The notes under the pieces are model-generated. The model was not told the origin of the DNA and made no database searches. It saw only the letters and a list, made by a program, of their open reading frames with translations. Source: Mustelus asterias (lineage: Eukaryota). From it: 64,000 nt of DNA. Each line of letters begins with the position of its first letter. The first letter of the stretch is position 1. The stretch covers positions 45,942,001 through 46,006,000 of the forward strand of contig NC_135819.1 of the NCBI RefSeq assembly GCF_964213995.1, read 5' to 3'. This document shows, piece after piece, positions 1-11,980 of the stretch. The position numbers were made by a program, and so were the translations under genes.

Positions 1-54
1 CCTGACAATTTTTGTGTTTTTCCACACCTTTCGGCCTTGCACCATGAAACTTTT

Positions 55-1229
55 TGTTATTTGTTTGGAAATAGAGTTAGCTTAAACAATTTATATTTCT
101 ATTGTGGGTACTATAAATAGGGTATACGGTTAGGTTTAAGCATAATTTGTGTTTTTGCATTGGTATGCTAAGGAAGGGTTCAAACTTCAGTTAGCATCAT
201 GTTAAGCAAAGGCGCCTGCATGTCTATAGATTTTAGTTTCACTTTATGTTTGCCTGCATAGTAAATAGATTGATGATTAAACAATTAGAGGTTAAAAAAA
301 GGAAGCTTTTGCTTGCCAACCAGTGGCCCATATTGAAAAGTTGAAGCAGTTGTTTTCAGTTGGAACCAGGTAACCCAATATTCAAGAGGCTGCCATTACA
401 GGCAAGACAGTAAAGTAAGTGTCAGGAAGCAAGTTCCAGAAGTTAAGGATCAGTCAGAAACCAAGGAATGCAAAGAGGAAGATTGACATAAAAGGGACAA
501 AGAACCAGAATCTGAACAGGGTACTGTACACGGAAGTGAAAGAAAGGGGCTTCCAGTTAAAGTCAGAGTGGCAAGATGCAGGCCTGGAGATGTCACTGAG
601 TGAGAAGCCAGACATCTGAAGTAATCATAAGGTTGGTGACACCTTAATACAACCTGGGAGACAGTGGTGTTCTTTTGGTGTGGTTTGGTAACTGAGGAAC
701 TGTATGGAAGTTTGAATATATGTGGTGTTTCAGGGCAGAGGAACACCGAAAGAAGAGGTTGAAATCCCGGATGTGGATTCTTGGTGATTGCATCCGAGAA
801 TCAGCGTTGTCTGGAAGAAGATTCCAAGTGTGTTCTTTGAGGGTGGAACTTAGAAACCCTACTGTGAAAGTCAGAGTTCCAGTGAGATCAGTTGAATCTC
901 AGTGTAACAAACATTTCATAATGAGAAAGCTACAGAAGTTGTTTGGGTGGCATCGTTCACTTTGTTCCAGAGTATGGTTGTGCCAGGCCACATTTCACAT
1001 GTGCATTTACTGAGAGCCTCAGAGTATCAGATAGATTTTGTAATTCATGTTATTCTTACAAATCTGTATATATCTGTAAAGGTATAGCTGGGGTGAAGGA
1101 ATGGTGCATTATAGTTAATCTTTTCACACTTAATAAATGTTTTATTCTTATGCTAAAAGTTAATCAGCAGTCCTGTGACTGTTTATCAGTGTCTCCAAAA
1201 TAAAAGTTACAATCCATCAAGCCAGGATT
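55..1229 (+). mobile_element. LTR-like repeat (probable solo LTR, 3' end truncated by CR1)
   Basis: Begins TGTTAT. Has a purine-rich body and AATAAA signals at about 1132 and 1199, and no recognisable coding. It ends abruptly where the CR1 sequence begins. Family recognition only. Confidence 0.4.
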
Positions 1230-1974
1230 TGTTAATGGCAGGTTGTGTCTGACTAACTTCATAAAATCCTCTGATGATGTTAATACAGAAGATTCATCCA
1301 GCTAATGCAGGAAAGCATGATGGTGGATAGATATTCTTCAGACTGGAAGGTGATTTGCAGTGTTATTCCTCAAGGATCAACCTTGGGTCCATAGCCTTTT
1401 CATTTTTTAAAAATAAATGACCTAGACTCACGTGGAGGGAGCTGTATTATAAAGACTGCAGATGACACAAAACTTGGCAAGGTGTGAGATCATGACAAGG
1501 ATATCTTCAAGATGAAATTGACTGGCTGGTAAATTGGGCAGAAGCCTGGCAGATGGAGTTCAATATGGAGAAGTGTGGAGTGATGCCAGTTGGTTGCCAT
1601 AGAGACAGTCGAGTTGGTGTCCAGAAGTGAAAAATCCTTGAAGGTGGAAGTTGAGAAGGTGATTAAAAAAGCATCTGGGTTACTTGGGTTTATTGGGAAT
1701 AGAATATAGAAGAAAAGAGAACATATTGAAACTTTATAAGTTATTGGTTAGGCCTCAGCTGGAACACTCTGGACAATTCTGGTCACCATACTTCAAGAAG
1801 CTGTAAAGGCATTGAGGAGATTTCCCATCAAAGCTGCCCAAATGTGCAACAGCCCAAAGGTCCCGACACAGGCCACGCACAGGTCAGTCCCTTTAAATAA
1901 CCAGAAGCGTGACCATGCAAAATAAAGGTAAAGGAACCATGCAAATAAAGAATTCAAAGGGAGCTGCATACATC

Positions 1975-2147
1975 CAAAGATGTGCGGGTTAGGTGGATTG
2001 GCCATGCTAAATTGCCCCTTAGTATCAGGGGTACCAGCTAGGGTAAATGCATGGGATTATGGGGATAGAGCCTGGGTGGGATTGTAGTCGGTGCAGAATC
2101 GATGGGCCGAACGGCCTCCTTCTGCACTGTAGGATTCTATGATTCTA
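1975..2147 (+). mobile_element. HE1-type V-SINE, 5'-truncated
   Basis: Core ttaggtggattggccatgctaaattgcccct plus CR1-type tail gattctatgattcta. Confidence 0.85.
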
Positions 2148-2434
2148 CCTGTGCACTCGGAAAAAAATTGAGAGGAAACATTGTTTGCCAGAATGCCCCC
2201 ATAAGTGAGGGACTTCATTTATGAGGAGAGGTTGGGAAAGTAAAATCTGCTCTTCTTGGCAGGTTATGAATTGATTTAATGGAGATTTCAGGATGATGAC
2301 TGGTTTTGACGGAATAAATAGAGAAAAATGATTCTTGTAGCGGGTGGGTCGATACAAGGTCAGAGCTTCAGAATCATTGGCAAAGGATCTACAGGGGAAA
2401 TGGGAAGAGGAATTTTCACTCAGTGAGTTTAGTG

Positions 2435-2720
2435 TTCAAAGTTTATTTATTAGTCACAAGTAGGCTTACATTAACACTGCAATGAAGTTACTGTGAAAAT
2501 TCCCTAGTCGCCACACTTCGGCACCTGTTCGGGTACACTGAGGGAGAATTTAGCATAGCCAATGCACCTAACCCGCACGTCTTTCAGACTGTGGGAGGAA
2601 ACGGGAGCACACGCAGACACGAGGAGAAGGTGCAGACTCCGCACTGACAGTGACCCAAGCCAGGAATCGAACCCAGGTCCCTGGCACCATGAGGCAGCAG
2701 TGCTAACCACTGTGCCACCG
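2435..2720 (-). mobile_element. HE1-type V-SINE, alternative-tail subfamily
   Basis: tRNA-like head (reverse of ggtggcacagtggttagc, B box ggttcgattcc), V-core, and tail gtaagcctacttgtgactaataaataaactt. Confidence 0.85.
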
Positions 2721-3029
2721 AGTTGTCAGAACATGCTACCAGAAAAAGTGGTAGAAGCAGATTCCATAAATTATTTTAGATGGACGAATAGCTGGAGGGT
2801 GACAAACTTACAGGGTAATGGAGGAAAAGCGGTGAGGTTGGACGAAGCACTCTCAAGGAGTCAACATACACACGATGGACTTGATGGCCTCCTCCTGCAA
2901 ATCTCTTACATTCTATGATCGGTGCCAGTCGCTGGTTCATACTTTAGCTTCCATCAGAGCTTTTTAACAACTGAGAGCTGACAACTATAAATTGTGTACA
3001 CAATCAGTTTTGAATAAATTGTGGTTAAC

Positions 3030-3198
3030 TGTTGTGCAGTGAAGGAAGAATACATATTAATTAATGTTGACATCCCTAGGCCATTATCTATTCACTGTAT
3101 AAAGAGAGCTAGGGTGCCAAAGTGACTTCAATAAAACATGGTTCAGAATAAAACTGAATGGTAGCCTCCTATATGTTCAATGGCAGATTTACACAACA
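3030..3198 (+). mobile_element. Possible short solo LTR
   Basis: Termini TGTTGTG...CACAACA form a 7-bp inverted repeat. TATAAA at about 3098, AATAAA at about 3130 and 3147. No TSD found. Confidence 0.3.
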
Positions 3199-4102
3199 TC
3201 TAATTAGGGAGAACACAGGGACAAACACATTTATCTTAATATAGTGAAATGTTGGCAATATCAGATATGCTCAATTATCCAAATTTTTGTGTATGTTGCT
3301 TTAACCACATGGTGTTTGTCAATGAACCCCACATTGTCATTGACCACCTTTACAGCACTAATTCCAGTTTCAACGGGATCTTCCAAATTCTTTGTGCCAT
3401 TTCTTTGCTTCTTTTGTCTTCTTTCACTTCAATATTTTTGGGGATGGTTGCAGAGGGGGAGAGAAACGGTCTATTTAAGCGTTTTTCTTTACCACATGTT
3501 ATCATTCCACCGAATCACACCATCTGTCATTGCTTTTTGTACCAGCTGCAAATTTTAAATCGAAATACATCAAAAATCTTGCATCAGTGTTCATTCCCAG
3601 TGTCAACTCTCCGTTAGAGATTCCTAGCGTACATACCACCTGCCACCACTAGGGGTGCTGTGGTGCTTCAGTTCGCGTCTTCCAGCATCTCTGAATAGAC
3701 TGCAGGGTAACTCCTGCGTTGTTACTAATCCTACTTCTCTGTTGCTCAATTTCATAGCAGCGTAACTTAGAAATCATGAATGATTTGAAAATTGGGACTG
3801 AATTATCTTAACACACCCTGGTTTACTTACACCTCACATCTGAATTCTTTCAACTTCATTCCCGATGTGCAACATTATCATAAATTTACACCTTTCCAAA
3901 ATGAAGTTTCTAGCATTACATATCAACTCATGACAATGAGGTTTGTGAGGACGTTCAGGTCATGTTCGCTCACTATGGTATTTTATGTGTCCTCCCCACG
4001 TGACATGTTTGGAGGGGAGGAGGGTATTTTATTGGGTGGAGTGCTAGCCACCTTCCCACCTCCACCCCAAGGCAGGAGAGCCCACAGCAGCCACCTGCGA
4101 GC

Positions 4103-4245
4103 AAAAGATCTAAAGCAAAACACTGCGGATGCTGGAATCGGAAACAAAAATAGAAACTGCCGGAAAACCTCAGCAAGTCCACCAGCATCTGGGGAGAGAG
4201 AATAGAGCCAATGTTTTGATCTGAATAACACTTTGTCATCGCAGG
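4103..4245 (-). mobile_element. Old Penelope-type pseudo-LTR fragment (second family)
   Basis: Reverse complement resembles 54225-54330 (ctctattctctctccacagatgctg...ttttcc...ttttg). Confidence 0.5.
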
Positions 4246-4623
4246 ATGGAGGGGGAGGGGGGAGGATGTAGATCAGCACTGGCCCGGGGGTGGGGGGGGG
4301 GGGAGCAGGGAGGTCAGGACTGGCCCAGGAGGGAAGGATCCAGTAGGCCAGCAAATCAAGGAGGTTACGAGGAAGGCCAGCAATCAGGGGCCAGCAATGA
4401 GCGGGGTGGTGGGGACGGGGGACAGTGCACATGCGGCGATTCTCGGCACTGACAGATCAGCACAGGCGTAATGGCCCACTCAGCACTATGTTCCCTACCT
4501 CTCGGGTGGGAATAGCACCCCCCCCACCCCACACCACCACCCTTTACCAGCAAGAATCAGTCTAAGGCACTCTGCATTACACAGAGTGTTGGAGATTAAT
4601 TCCGGTAAGTACAGTCAAAAAAC

Positions 4624-4687
4624 GGGTGGGAAATTCTCCCGTTTCTCTGCCCATTGGGCACAGTTTTGTTTTGGGAGAATCCCGGCC
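4624..4687. mobile_element. Miniature inverted-repeat element (GGG..ATTCTCC / GGAGAAT..CC termini)
   Basis: Hairpin-like termini aattctccc...gggagaat, shared with the other GC-rich MITE-like copies in the window. Confidence 0.45.
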
Positions 4688-4895
4688 TATATCTTCCTGC
4701 AATCTAAGACCGTTTTTCCTTGTGTCATCCACCCACAAATCCTCCCCACATTCTCATCTATATCATTTATGTACATCACAAACAACAATGGGCCTAGCAC
4801 TGATCCCTGTGTTACGCCATTGTACACCTGCCTCCAGTCACATAACCAGTCACATATACAGCCTTCTACCACCACCCTCTGTCTCCTACCATTAC

Positions 4896-5126
4896 GATGT
4901 GGAGATGCCAGCGTTGGACTGGGGTAAACACAATAAGAAGTTTAACAACACCAGGTTCAAGTCCAACAGGTTTATTTGGTAGCAAAAGCCACACATGCTT
5001 TCGGAGCCTTAAGCCCCTTCCCCACTCACCTGAGGAAGGGGCTTAAGGCTTCGAAAGCTTGTGTGGCTTTTGCTACCATATAAACCTGTTGGACTTTAAC
5101 CTGGTGTTGTTAAACTTCTTACTGTG
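4896..5126. mobile_element. Fold-back Penelope pseudo-LTR mini-insertion
   Basis: Inverted pLTR at 4896-5020 followed by a direct pLTR at 5021-5126. TSD tcctaccatta at 4884-4894 and 5127-5137. Confidence 0.9.
5027..5063 (+). ncRNA. Minimal type I hammerhead ribozyme of Penelope pLTR
   Basis: cac-CTGAGGA-aggggc ttaag gcttc-GAAA-g-CTT-gtg: catalytic core, stem II, palindromic AAGCTT stem III, and stem I cac/gtg. Confidence 0.75.
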
Positions 5127-5282
5127 TCCTACCATTATGCCAGTTTTGGATCCATCTTGCCAGATTACCCTGCTTTTGCCTTCTTTGATGTGGAGATGCC
5201 GGCGTTGGACTGGGGTAAACACAGTGCGGTTTTTCGCTGTGGCGCGTCGGAACCGTCGATCGATGAGTCCTGTTAAAATGTT

Positions 5283-6183
5283 AAAGCCCACGGATAACCT
5301 CACAATGCTCCACTTCTCCAGCTTCCACCCTAAACACGTAAAAGAAGCCATCCCCTACGGACAAGCCCTCCGTATACACGGGATCTGCTTGGAGGAGGAG
5401 GATCGCAACAGACACCTCCAGACGCTGAAAGATGCCCTCATAAGAACAGGATATGGCGCTCGACTCATCGATCGACAGTTCCAACACGCCACAGCGAAAA
5501 ACCGCACCGACCTCCTCAGAAGACAAACACGGGACACAGTGGACAGAGTACCCTTCGTTGTCCAGTACTTCCCCGGAGCGGAGAAGCTACGGCATCTCCT
5601 CCGGAGCCTTCAACATGTCATTGATGAAGACGAACATCTCGCCAAGGCCATCCCCACACCCCCACTTCTTGCCTTCAAACAACTGCACAACCTCAAACAG
5701 ACCATTGTCCGCAGCAAACTACCCAGCCTTCAGGAGAACAGTGACCATGACACCACACAACCCTGCCACAGCAACCTCTGCAAGACGTGCCGGATCATCG
5801 ACACAGATGCCATCATCTCACGTGAGAACACCATCCACCAGGTACACGGTACATACTCTTGCAATTCGGCCAACGTTGTCTACCTGATACGCTGCAAGAA
5901 AGGATGTCCCGAGGCATGGTACATTGGGGAAACTATGCAGACGCTGCGACAACGGATGAATGAACACCGCTCGACAATCACCAGGCAAGACTGTTCTCTT
6001 CCTGTTGGGGAGCACTTCAGCGGTCACGGGCATTCGGCCTCTGATATTCGGGTAAGCGTTCTCCAAGGCGGCCTTCGCGACACACGACAGCGCAGAGTCG
6101 CTGAGCAGAAACTGATAGCCAAGTTCCACACACATGAGGACGGCCTCAACCGGGATATTGGGTTCATGTCACACTATTTGTAA
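5283..6183 (+). pseudogene. Penelope ORF C-terminus: RT thumb, Cys linker and GIY-YIG endonuclease
   Basis: KPTD..MLHFSSFHP, PCHSNLCKTC linker, VVYLIRC...WYIGET, RQRMNEHR, LPVGEHF, GLNRD. The first ~75 aa of ORF 5059-6183 are read-through from non-coding junction sequence. Confidence 0.92.
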
Positions 6184-6392
6184 CTCCCACAGTTGCGTGG
6201 ACCTGCAGAGTTTCACTGGCTGTCTTGTCTGGAGACAATACACATCTTTTTAGCCTGTCTTGATGCTCTCTCCATTCACATTGTTTTGTTTCTTGAAGAC
6301 TTGATTAGTTGTAAGTATTCGCATTCCAACCATTATTCATGTAAATTGAGTCTGTGTCTTTATAAGCTCTGTTTGTGAACAGAATTCCCACT

Positions 6393-6429
6393 CACCTGAA
6401 GAAGGGGCTAAGAGCTCCGAAAGCTTGTG
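6393..6429 (+). ncRNA. Minimal hammerhead ribozyme (Penelope pLTR, subfamily A)
   Basis: cac-CTGAAGA-aggggc taaga gctcc-GAAA-g-CTT-gtg. Confidence 0.8.
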
Positions 6430-7091
6430 TGGCTTTTGCTACCAAATAAACCTGTTGGACTTTAACCTGGTGTTGTTAAACTTCTTACTGTGTTTGCCTT
6501 CTTTCACAGTATCCTATGTAGGACCTTGTCAAAGGCTTTGCTGAAATCCATAGAAACTACATCAACTGCACTACCCTCATCGACACATCCAATCACCTCC
6601 TCGAAAAATTCAATCAAATTTGTTAGGCATGATCTCCCTCTGACAAAGCCATGCTGACTACCCCAGATCAAACCTTGCCTTTCTAAATGGAGATTAATTC
6701 TCTCCTTCACAATTTTTTCCAATAGTTTCCCTACCACCGATGTGAGATTCACTGGTCTGCAATTCCCTGGTTTATCTTTACCAGCCTTCGTGAAAAGTGG
6801 AACCACATTAACTGTCCTCCAATCCTCTGGCATCTCCCCTGTGGTCAGATAGGAATTAAAAATTTGGGTCAGAGCCCCTACAATCTCCTCCCTTGCCTCG
6901 CACAACAGCCTGGGAAAGAACTCATCCGGACCTGGAGATTTGTCCACTTTTAAGCCCACCACGATCTCCAATACCTCCTCACTCCCTATGTCAAACTGTT
7001 CAGTAATCTCCCTCCCTCCCCGAATTCTGTACCAACATCTTCCTTCTTCCGAGTAAAGACAGATGTGAAGTAATCGTTTAACATCCTGAAG

Positions 7092-7410
7092 TAGCACTGC
7101 TGCCTCACAGCGCCAGGGACCCGGGTTCAATTCCGGCCTCGGGTCACCGTCTGTGCGGAGTCTGCACGTTCTCCCCGTGTCTGTGTGGGTTTCCTCCGGG
7201 TGCTCGTTTCCTCCCAGAGTCCAAAGCTGTGCGGGTTAAATTGATTGGCCATGCTAAATTGCCCCTTAGTGTCAGGGGATTAGCAGGATAAATACATGGG
7301 GTTAAGGGGATATGGCCTGGGTGGGATTGTGGTTGGTGCAGACTCAATGGGCCGAATAGTCTCCTTCTGCACTGTAGGGATTCTATGATCTATGATTCTA
7401 TTTCTATGAC
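7092..7410 (+). mobile_element. HE1-type V-SINE inserted in CR1
   Basis: B box ggttcaattcc, V-core and (attctatg)n tail. CR1 sequence resumes after 7410. Confidence 0.88.
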
Positions 7411-8139
7411 CTTACCAATGTCCTCCAGCTCCAGGGAGGGATTATCCCTTGATCCCTAATGGATGTGGGATTGGGGCACATGAGTGGGATTGTGCTGAAA
7501 GATCAGTGCCAGTCTAATCAAACTGTAGAGCATTGGGACCTGCTTCTGTTTCTTGTGTTATTTCTAAAGCACCAAAATCAGCTTCTGAAAATCATTTAAT
7601 CAAAAGTTCTTGCTACCCAAGGGGTGCTGTCAGGGACAATATGTCCCCATCCATCTTCAAATCTCCCAACCATTAACAAACATTGCTTGCTCTTACAAAC
7701 TCGCTAACACCTTTGGGGCTAGCCATAGTTTTCAGCTGCTTTTCTATGTTAAAGACGCAACATAAATGGAAATTGCTTATTTTCTTCTTATTGTTGGGCA
7801 GCCAAAACTACTGGAGTGTGATTTTCTTTCTCCAATATTTTAAGAAACAATTACTGATGGATAAAAACATGCTTGATGTTTTGATTAAAGCACATTGCTC
7901 TGTTAAACATACATGTTGTACGAACACTGATCATGTATTTTTGGAGTGTTTTACTCACGGCCTCAACTCTTTGGCAGTTTAGTGATCACACACACAAACT
8001 GTTCCAAATGCACTAACTATTTCACATGCAATCATCGTGTAACGACATGAAAACACTGACAACCTTGGTTGTAAACTTAATGAAGTTTTAACTTGTTGAC
8101 TTTACAAGTAAGTGCTCTTGGCCACTTCAACACAACACA

Positions 8140-8625
8140 AAAAAGAGTGCAGAAGAGATTTACTAGGATGCTACCGGGACTTGATGGATTGAGTTGTAAG
8201 GAGCGGCTGGACAGACTTGGACTTTTTTCTCTGGAGCATAGAGGCTGAAGGGTGATCTTATAGAGGTCTATAAAATAACGAGGGGCAGCTAGATAGTCAA
8301 TATCTTTTCCCAAAAATAGGGGAGTCTAAAACTAGAGGGCATAGGTTTAAGGTGAGAGGGGAGAGATACAAAAGTGTCCAGAGGGCCATTTTTTTCACAC
8401 AGAGGGTGGTGAGTGTCTGGAACAAGTTGCCAGAGGTAGTAGTTGAGACACGTACAATTTTGTCTTTTAAAAAGCATTTAGACAGTTACATGGGTAAGAT
8501 GGGTATAGAGGGATATGGGCCAAATGTGGGCAATTGAGATTAGCTTTGGGGTTTAAAAACGAAGGGCGGCATGGACAAATTGGGCCGAAGGGCCTGTTTC
8601 CATGCTGTAAACCTCTATGACTCTA
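8140..8625 (+). mobile_element. CR1 LINE 3' end
   Basis: RVQKRFTRMLPG, LGLFSLE, FFTQRVV..WNKLP, and tail ctctatgactcta. Confidence 0.9.
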
Positions 8626-9171
8626 AGTCTGGTCCAGCTCCCACAATCTCCATTTCAGTCAGGTTTCTGACCATAGAAAGTTCCAAAAACCTTGATGGAA
8701 TTTGAAGAAAATATATTGTTACATGGCAGCCCATTGCCCAAGTAGAAAATGTCGACACAGCTCCTTCGTTTGCCCAAATTTCAGTGGTTCATGAAAATAA
8801 CAGTTGTCATCTCCATGCTTTTAGATTCTGTGACATTAAATCATTACAGTCAAAACTGCTACAACTGAATGTAACAAAGACTGAAGCTATCAATTCAGAC
8901 CCTGTCAAAAACTCATGCCCTTGCGTTCAATTCCATTCCTGTAACTCCTTCCTCGTGCACCTCCAATTAATCTCCTCACTCATACTCAACCAGACTGCAC
9001 CTCAGCATTCTCTTCACCCAAAACTACAATTTTAACCCCATACCTTTGCCACATCCGCATTTCCTGACTTCATCCCTACCTTATCCTCAAATGTTCTCAT
9101 TACCCTTCATCCATGCCTTCCTCTGGACTTGAACTCCTCAACAAATCATTAAAAGTTCTGCTGCACGATCA

Positions 9172-9507
9172 TCATAGAATCCCTACAGTGCAGTAGGAGG
9201 CCATTCAGCCCATTGAGTCTGCAACAACTCTCCAACAGAGCATCTTACCCAAGCCCTATCCCTGTAACCCCACATATTTACCCCACTAATGCCTCCTAAT
9301 CTACACATCTTGGGACACTAAGTGGTAACTTAGCATGGCCAATCCACCTAACCTCTCCATCTTTGTATTGTGGGAGGAAACCGGTGCACCGGGATACAGG
9401 GAAAAGGTGCAAACTCCACACAGACAGTGACCCAAGCCGGGAATCGAACCCGGGGGTCCCTAGAGCTGTAAGGCAGCACTGCAAACCACTGCGCCACCGT
9501 GCCACCC
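9172..9507 (-). mobile_element. HE1-type V-SINE
   Basis: Reverse tRNA head, core and atcatagaatcc tail. Confidence 0.88.
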
Positions 9508-9544
9508 GCACAAAGCAGGGTGGCAGGGTCTTGGGCATAGAAAG

Positions 9545-9636
9545 CAGAGAATAGCAGTGAAAGGGTATTTTTTTAACTGGAGGTCTGTGACAAGCGTTGT
9601 TCCACAAGGATCAGTGCTGGGGCCTCTGTTGTTTGT

Positions 9637-9670
<34 letters not shown>

Positions 9671-10615
9671 AATGATTTGGAGAAAAATGTAGGTGGTCTG
9701 ATTTGTAAATTTGCAGATAATAGATAAATTGGAGAAGTAGCGGATAATGAGGAGGGTTGTCAGAGGATACAGCAGGATATAAATCAGCTGGAGACCTGGG
9801 CCAAAAGATGGCAGATGGAATGTAACCCAGACAAATGTCTGGTAATGTGATTTAGAAGGTCTACTACAGAAGGAAAGTATATACAGTAAATGGTAGAGTG
9901 CTTAGAAATATTAGCATACAGAGGGATCTAGGCGTGCAGATCCACAGTTCCCTGAAGGTGGTAACTCAGGTGGACAAGGTGGTCAAGAAGGTGTTTGGCA
10001 TGCTGGCCTTCATTGGTCGGAGCGTTGAGTATAGGAATTGGAAAATCATGTTGCAGTTGTATAAAACTTTGGATAGCCACACTTGGAGTATTGTGTACAA
10101 TTCTGATCGCCCCACTACCAGAAGGGTATTGATGCATTGGAAAGGGTGCAGAAGAGATTTACCAGGATACTGCCTGGGTTCGGAGGATATGGACTACAAA
10201 GAAAGGTTGAACAAACTTGGATTGATTTCATTGGAGCATTGGAGGATGAGGGGGACCCGATAGAGGTTTACAAGATTATGGCAGGCTTGGATAGATTAGA
10301 TCATCAGAGTCTTTTTCCCAGGGTCGAAGGGTCAATTACTCAGGGGCATAGGTTGAAAGTGAAAGGGGGAAAGTTTAAAAGAGATGTAAGGGGAAAGTTT
10401 TTGATGAATGCCTGGAACGTGCTGCCAGAGGAGGTGGTGGAAGCAGATTTTATAACAACGTTCAAGAGGCATCTGGATAGATACATGAATAGGCAGGGAA
10501 TAGAGGGATATCCATCTCATAGAGGCAAGAAAATATTAGATTAGAGGCATCTGTGCCAGCACAGACTTGGTGGGCCGAAGGGCCTGTTCCTGTGCTGACA
10601 CTGTTCTTTGTTCTT
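9545..10615 (+). mobile_element. CR1 LINE 3' half with frameshifts
   Basis: VPQGSVLGPLLF, RDLGVQIH, LERVQKRFTR, GHRLKVKGG, and a 3' tail. Confidence 0.9.
9637..9670. repeat. (TA)n microsatellite expanded inside the CR1 VIYIND codons
   Basis: tatatata run between ttgtttgt and aatgatttgga. Confidence 0.9.
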
Positions 10616-11660
10616 AAGTCTATTCCTTCTCAACAAATTTTAAAAATCGTGAAATAAATGGCACATATTTAAAAATTGGGTAAAGCATTGTAAAGTTATG
10701 GTATTATGTTATGAGTTCAGAATTTCAACTAATTTCATTTTGCTTATTTGAATTGCAAATCCATGCGCCTATTACAATAGCAGGTGTTCCGTGGAACTGA
10801 ACATGTTAATTGAGTGTCAATTCTGAAATGTCTGGCTCAACCCGAATTTAGAGAGCCACTGTAGAAGGTACTTAAAATTCTATCAGACATAATCTCTGTG
10901 CACAATATACGGCTATCAATTATGAGCTGCAAACTCACTTGTGAAAGTGCTGTCGTCTCTTATTGCCCAGATATTGTGCATTTATCACTATCTTTAGCAT
11001 GTACAAATCAATGTACAACTACAGATTGCACATGGGGGGAAAATGCTTACTTGCCCATCCGTTTAGCATTTTACCCAATTAATCACCTAACCCATTCAAG
11101 TTATTGATTCCTGAAGGGTTCCAGCTATTCAAGGCAAGTGCTTTCTCTCATTCATAAAGGAAGATCAGAGAAAAAGAGTCAAGCCAAGTCTACTGCGGCT
11201 TTTCTAAATATAACCAGCAACAGCTTTTCCAAATAGGCAGGCAAAGAAGAATATAGTCCACTGGGCTCTATGCATACTTCTTTTTGATTGTTTAACATCT
11301 CCAAGGCAACACTTTTCAACTGAAGTGCATAAGCGCATTGACAAATTTTGCACTGAATTTGTCAAAGGAGCAGCTGGTTCTGAAGTAAACATATCCAAGC
11401 AAAATGGGGGAGATCTTCACTGCAGCTAAATTTTGGGCAGAGCTACATAATAAAAGAGAGGCCAGGTGCATTTTAAATTAGTGCAAGGCCAGCAGGCTGA
11501 GTGTTAGGGAGGGGGTGGGGTGTTCAAATTAAGCATCCGGACATAACATAGTCTATTGGCTCTGGGCTGTAAGGGAGGTAAGAGGAGAACGGAGCCGGGG
11601 TGAGAAATTGAAAGAGGCACCTGTTCTCAGGAGGAGAAAAGAACTGAATCCAACTGCAGC

Positions 11661-11980
11661 GGGCGGCACGGTGGTCAGCATGGCTGCCTCACGGCGCCAG
11701 GGATCCGGATTCGATTCCCGGCTTGGGTCACTGTCTGTGTGGAGTCTGCACCTTCTCCCCGTGTCTGCGTGGGTTTCCTCCGGGTGCTCCAGTTTACTCC
11801 CACACTCCAAAGGTGCATGGGTTAGGTGGATTGGCCATGCTAAATTGCCCCTTAGCGTCAGGGGGACTAGCTAGGGTAAAGGCATGGAGTTATGGAGGTA
11901 AGGGCCTGGGTGGGATTGTGGTCGGTGCAGACTCGATGGGCCAAAAGGCCTCCTTCTGCACTGTAGGATTCTATGATTTC
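11661..11980 (+). mobile_element. HE1-type V-SINE, full length
   Basis: gggcggcacggtggtcagc head, core and gattctatga tail. Confidence 0.9.

Larger units (their letters stand above)
1229..2920 (+). mobile_element. Degraded CR1 LINE 3' half, interrupted by two SINEs
   Basis: Degenerate RT motifs (FVNGRLCLTNF, PQGS, ADDTKL, WQMEFN, LVRPQLE) and a CR1 3' tail ending attctatga near 2918. Confidence 0.8.
5187..6492 (+). mobile_element. Penelope-like element (Neptune-type), 5'-truncated, with inverted 5' tail
   Basis: GIY-YIG ORF followed by a pLTR. Inverted tail at 5187-5225. TSD tttgccttcttt at 5175-5186 and 6493-6504. Confidence 0.93.
4690..7460 (-). mobile_element. CR1 LINE RT region hosting nested Penelope and SINE insertions
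   Basis: ORF 6504-7130 (KSPGPD, PEDWR..NVVPLF, SQHGFVRGRSCLTNL, DFSKAFDKV) and ORF 4687-4875 (GVTQGSVLGPLLF..YIND). The CR1 pieces rejoin once the inserts are removed. Confidence 0.9.

Noticed and set aside
3240-3620. Possible Gypsy gag/protease remnant or exon
   Set aside because: Only vague similarity (TCGK, IPLKLEL). No intact CCHC or DTG motif, and there are stops in the minus frames.
5059-6183. 374-aa ORF as a host or domesticated gene
   Set aside because: The N-terminal part is read-through across pLTR, CR1 and inverted junction sequence. The rest is a 5'-truncated Penelope ORF bounded by a TSD.
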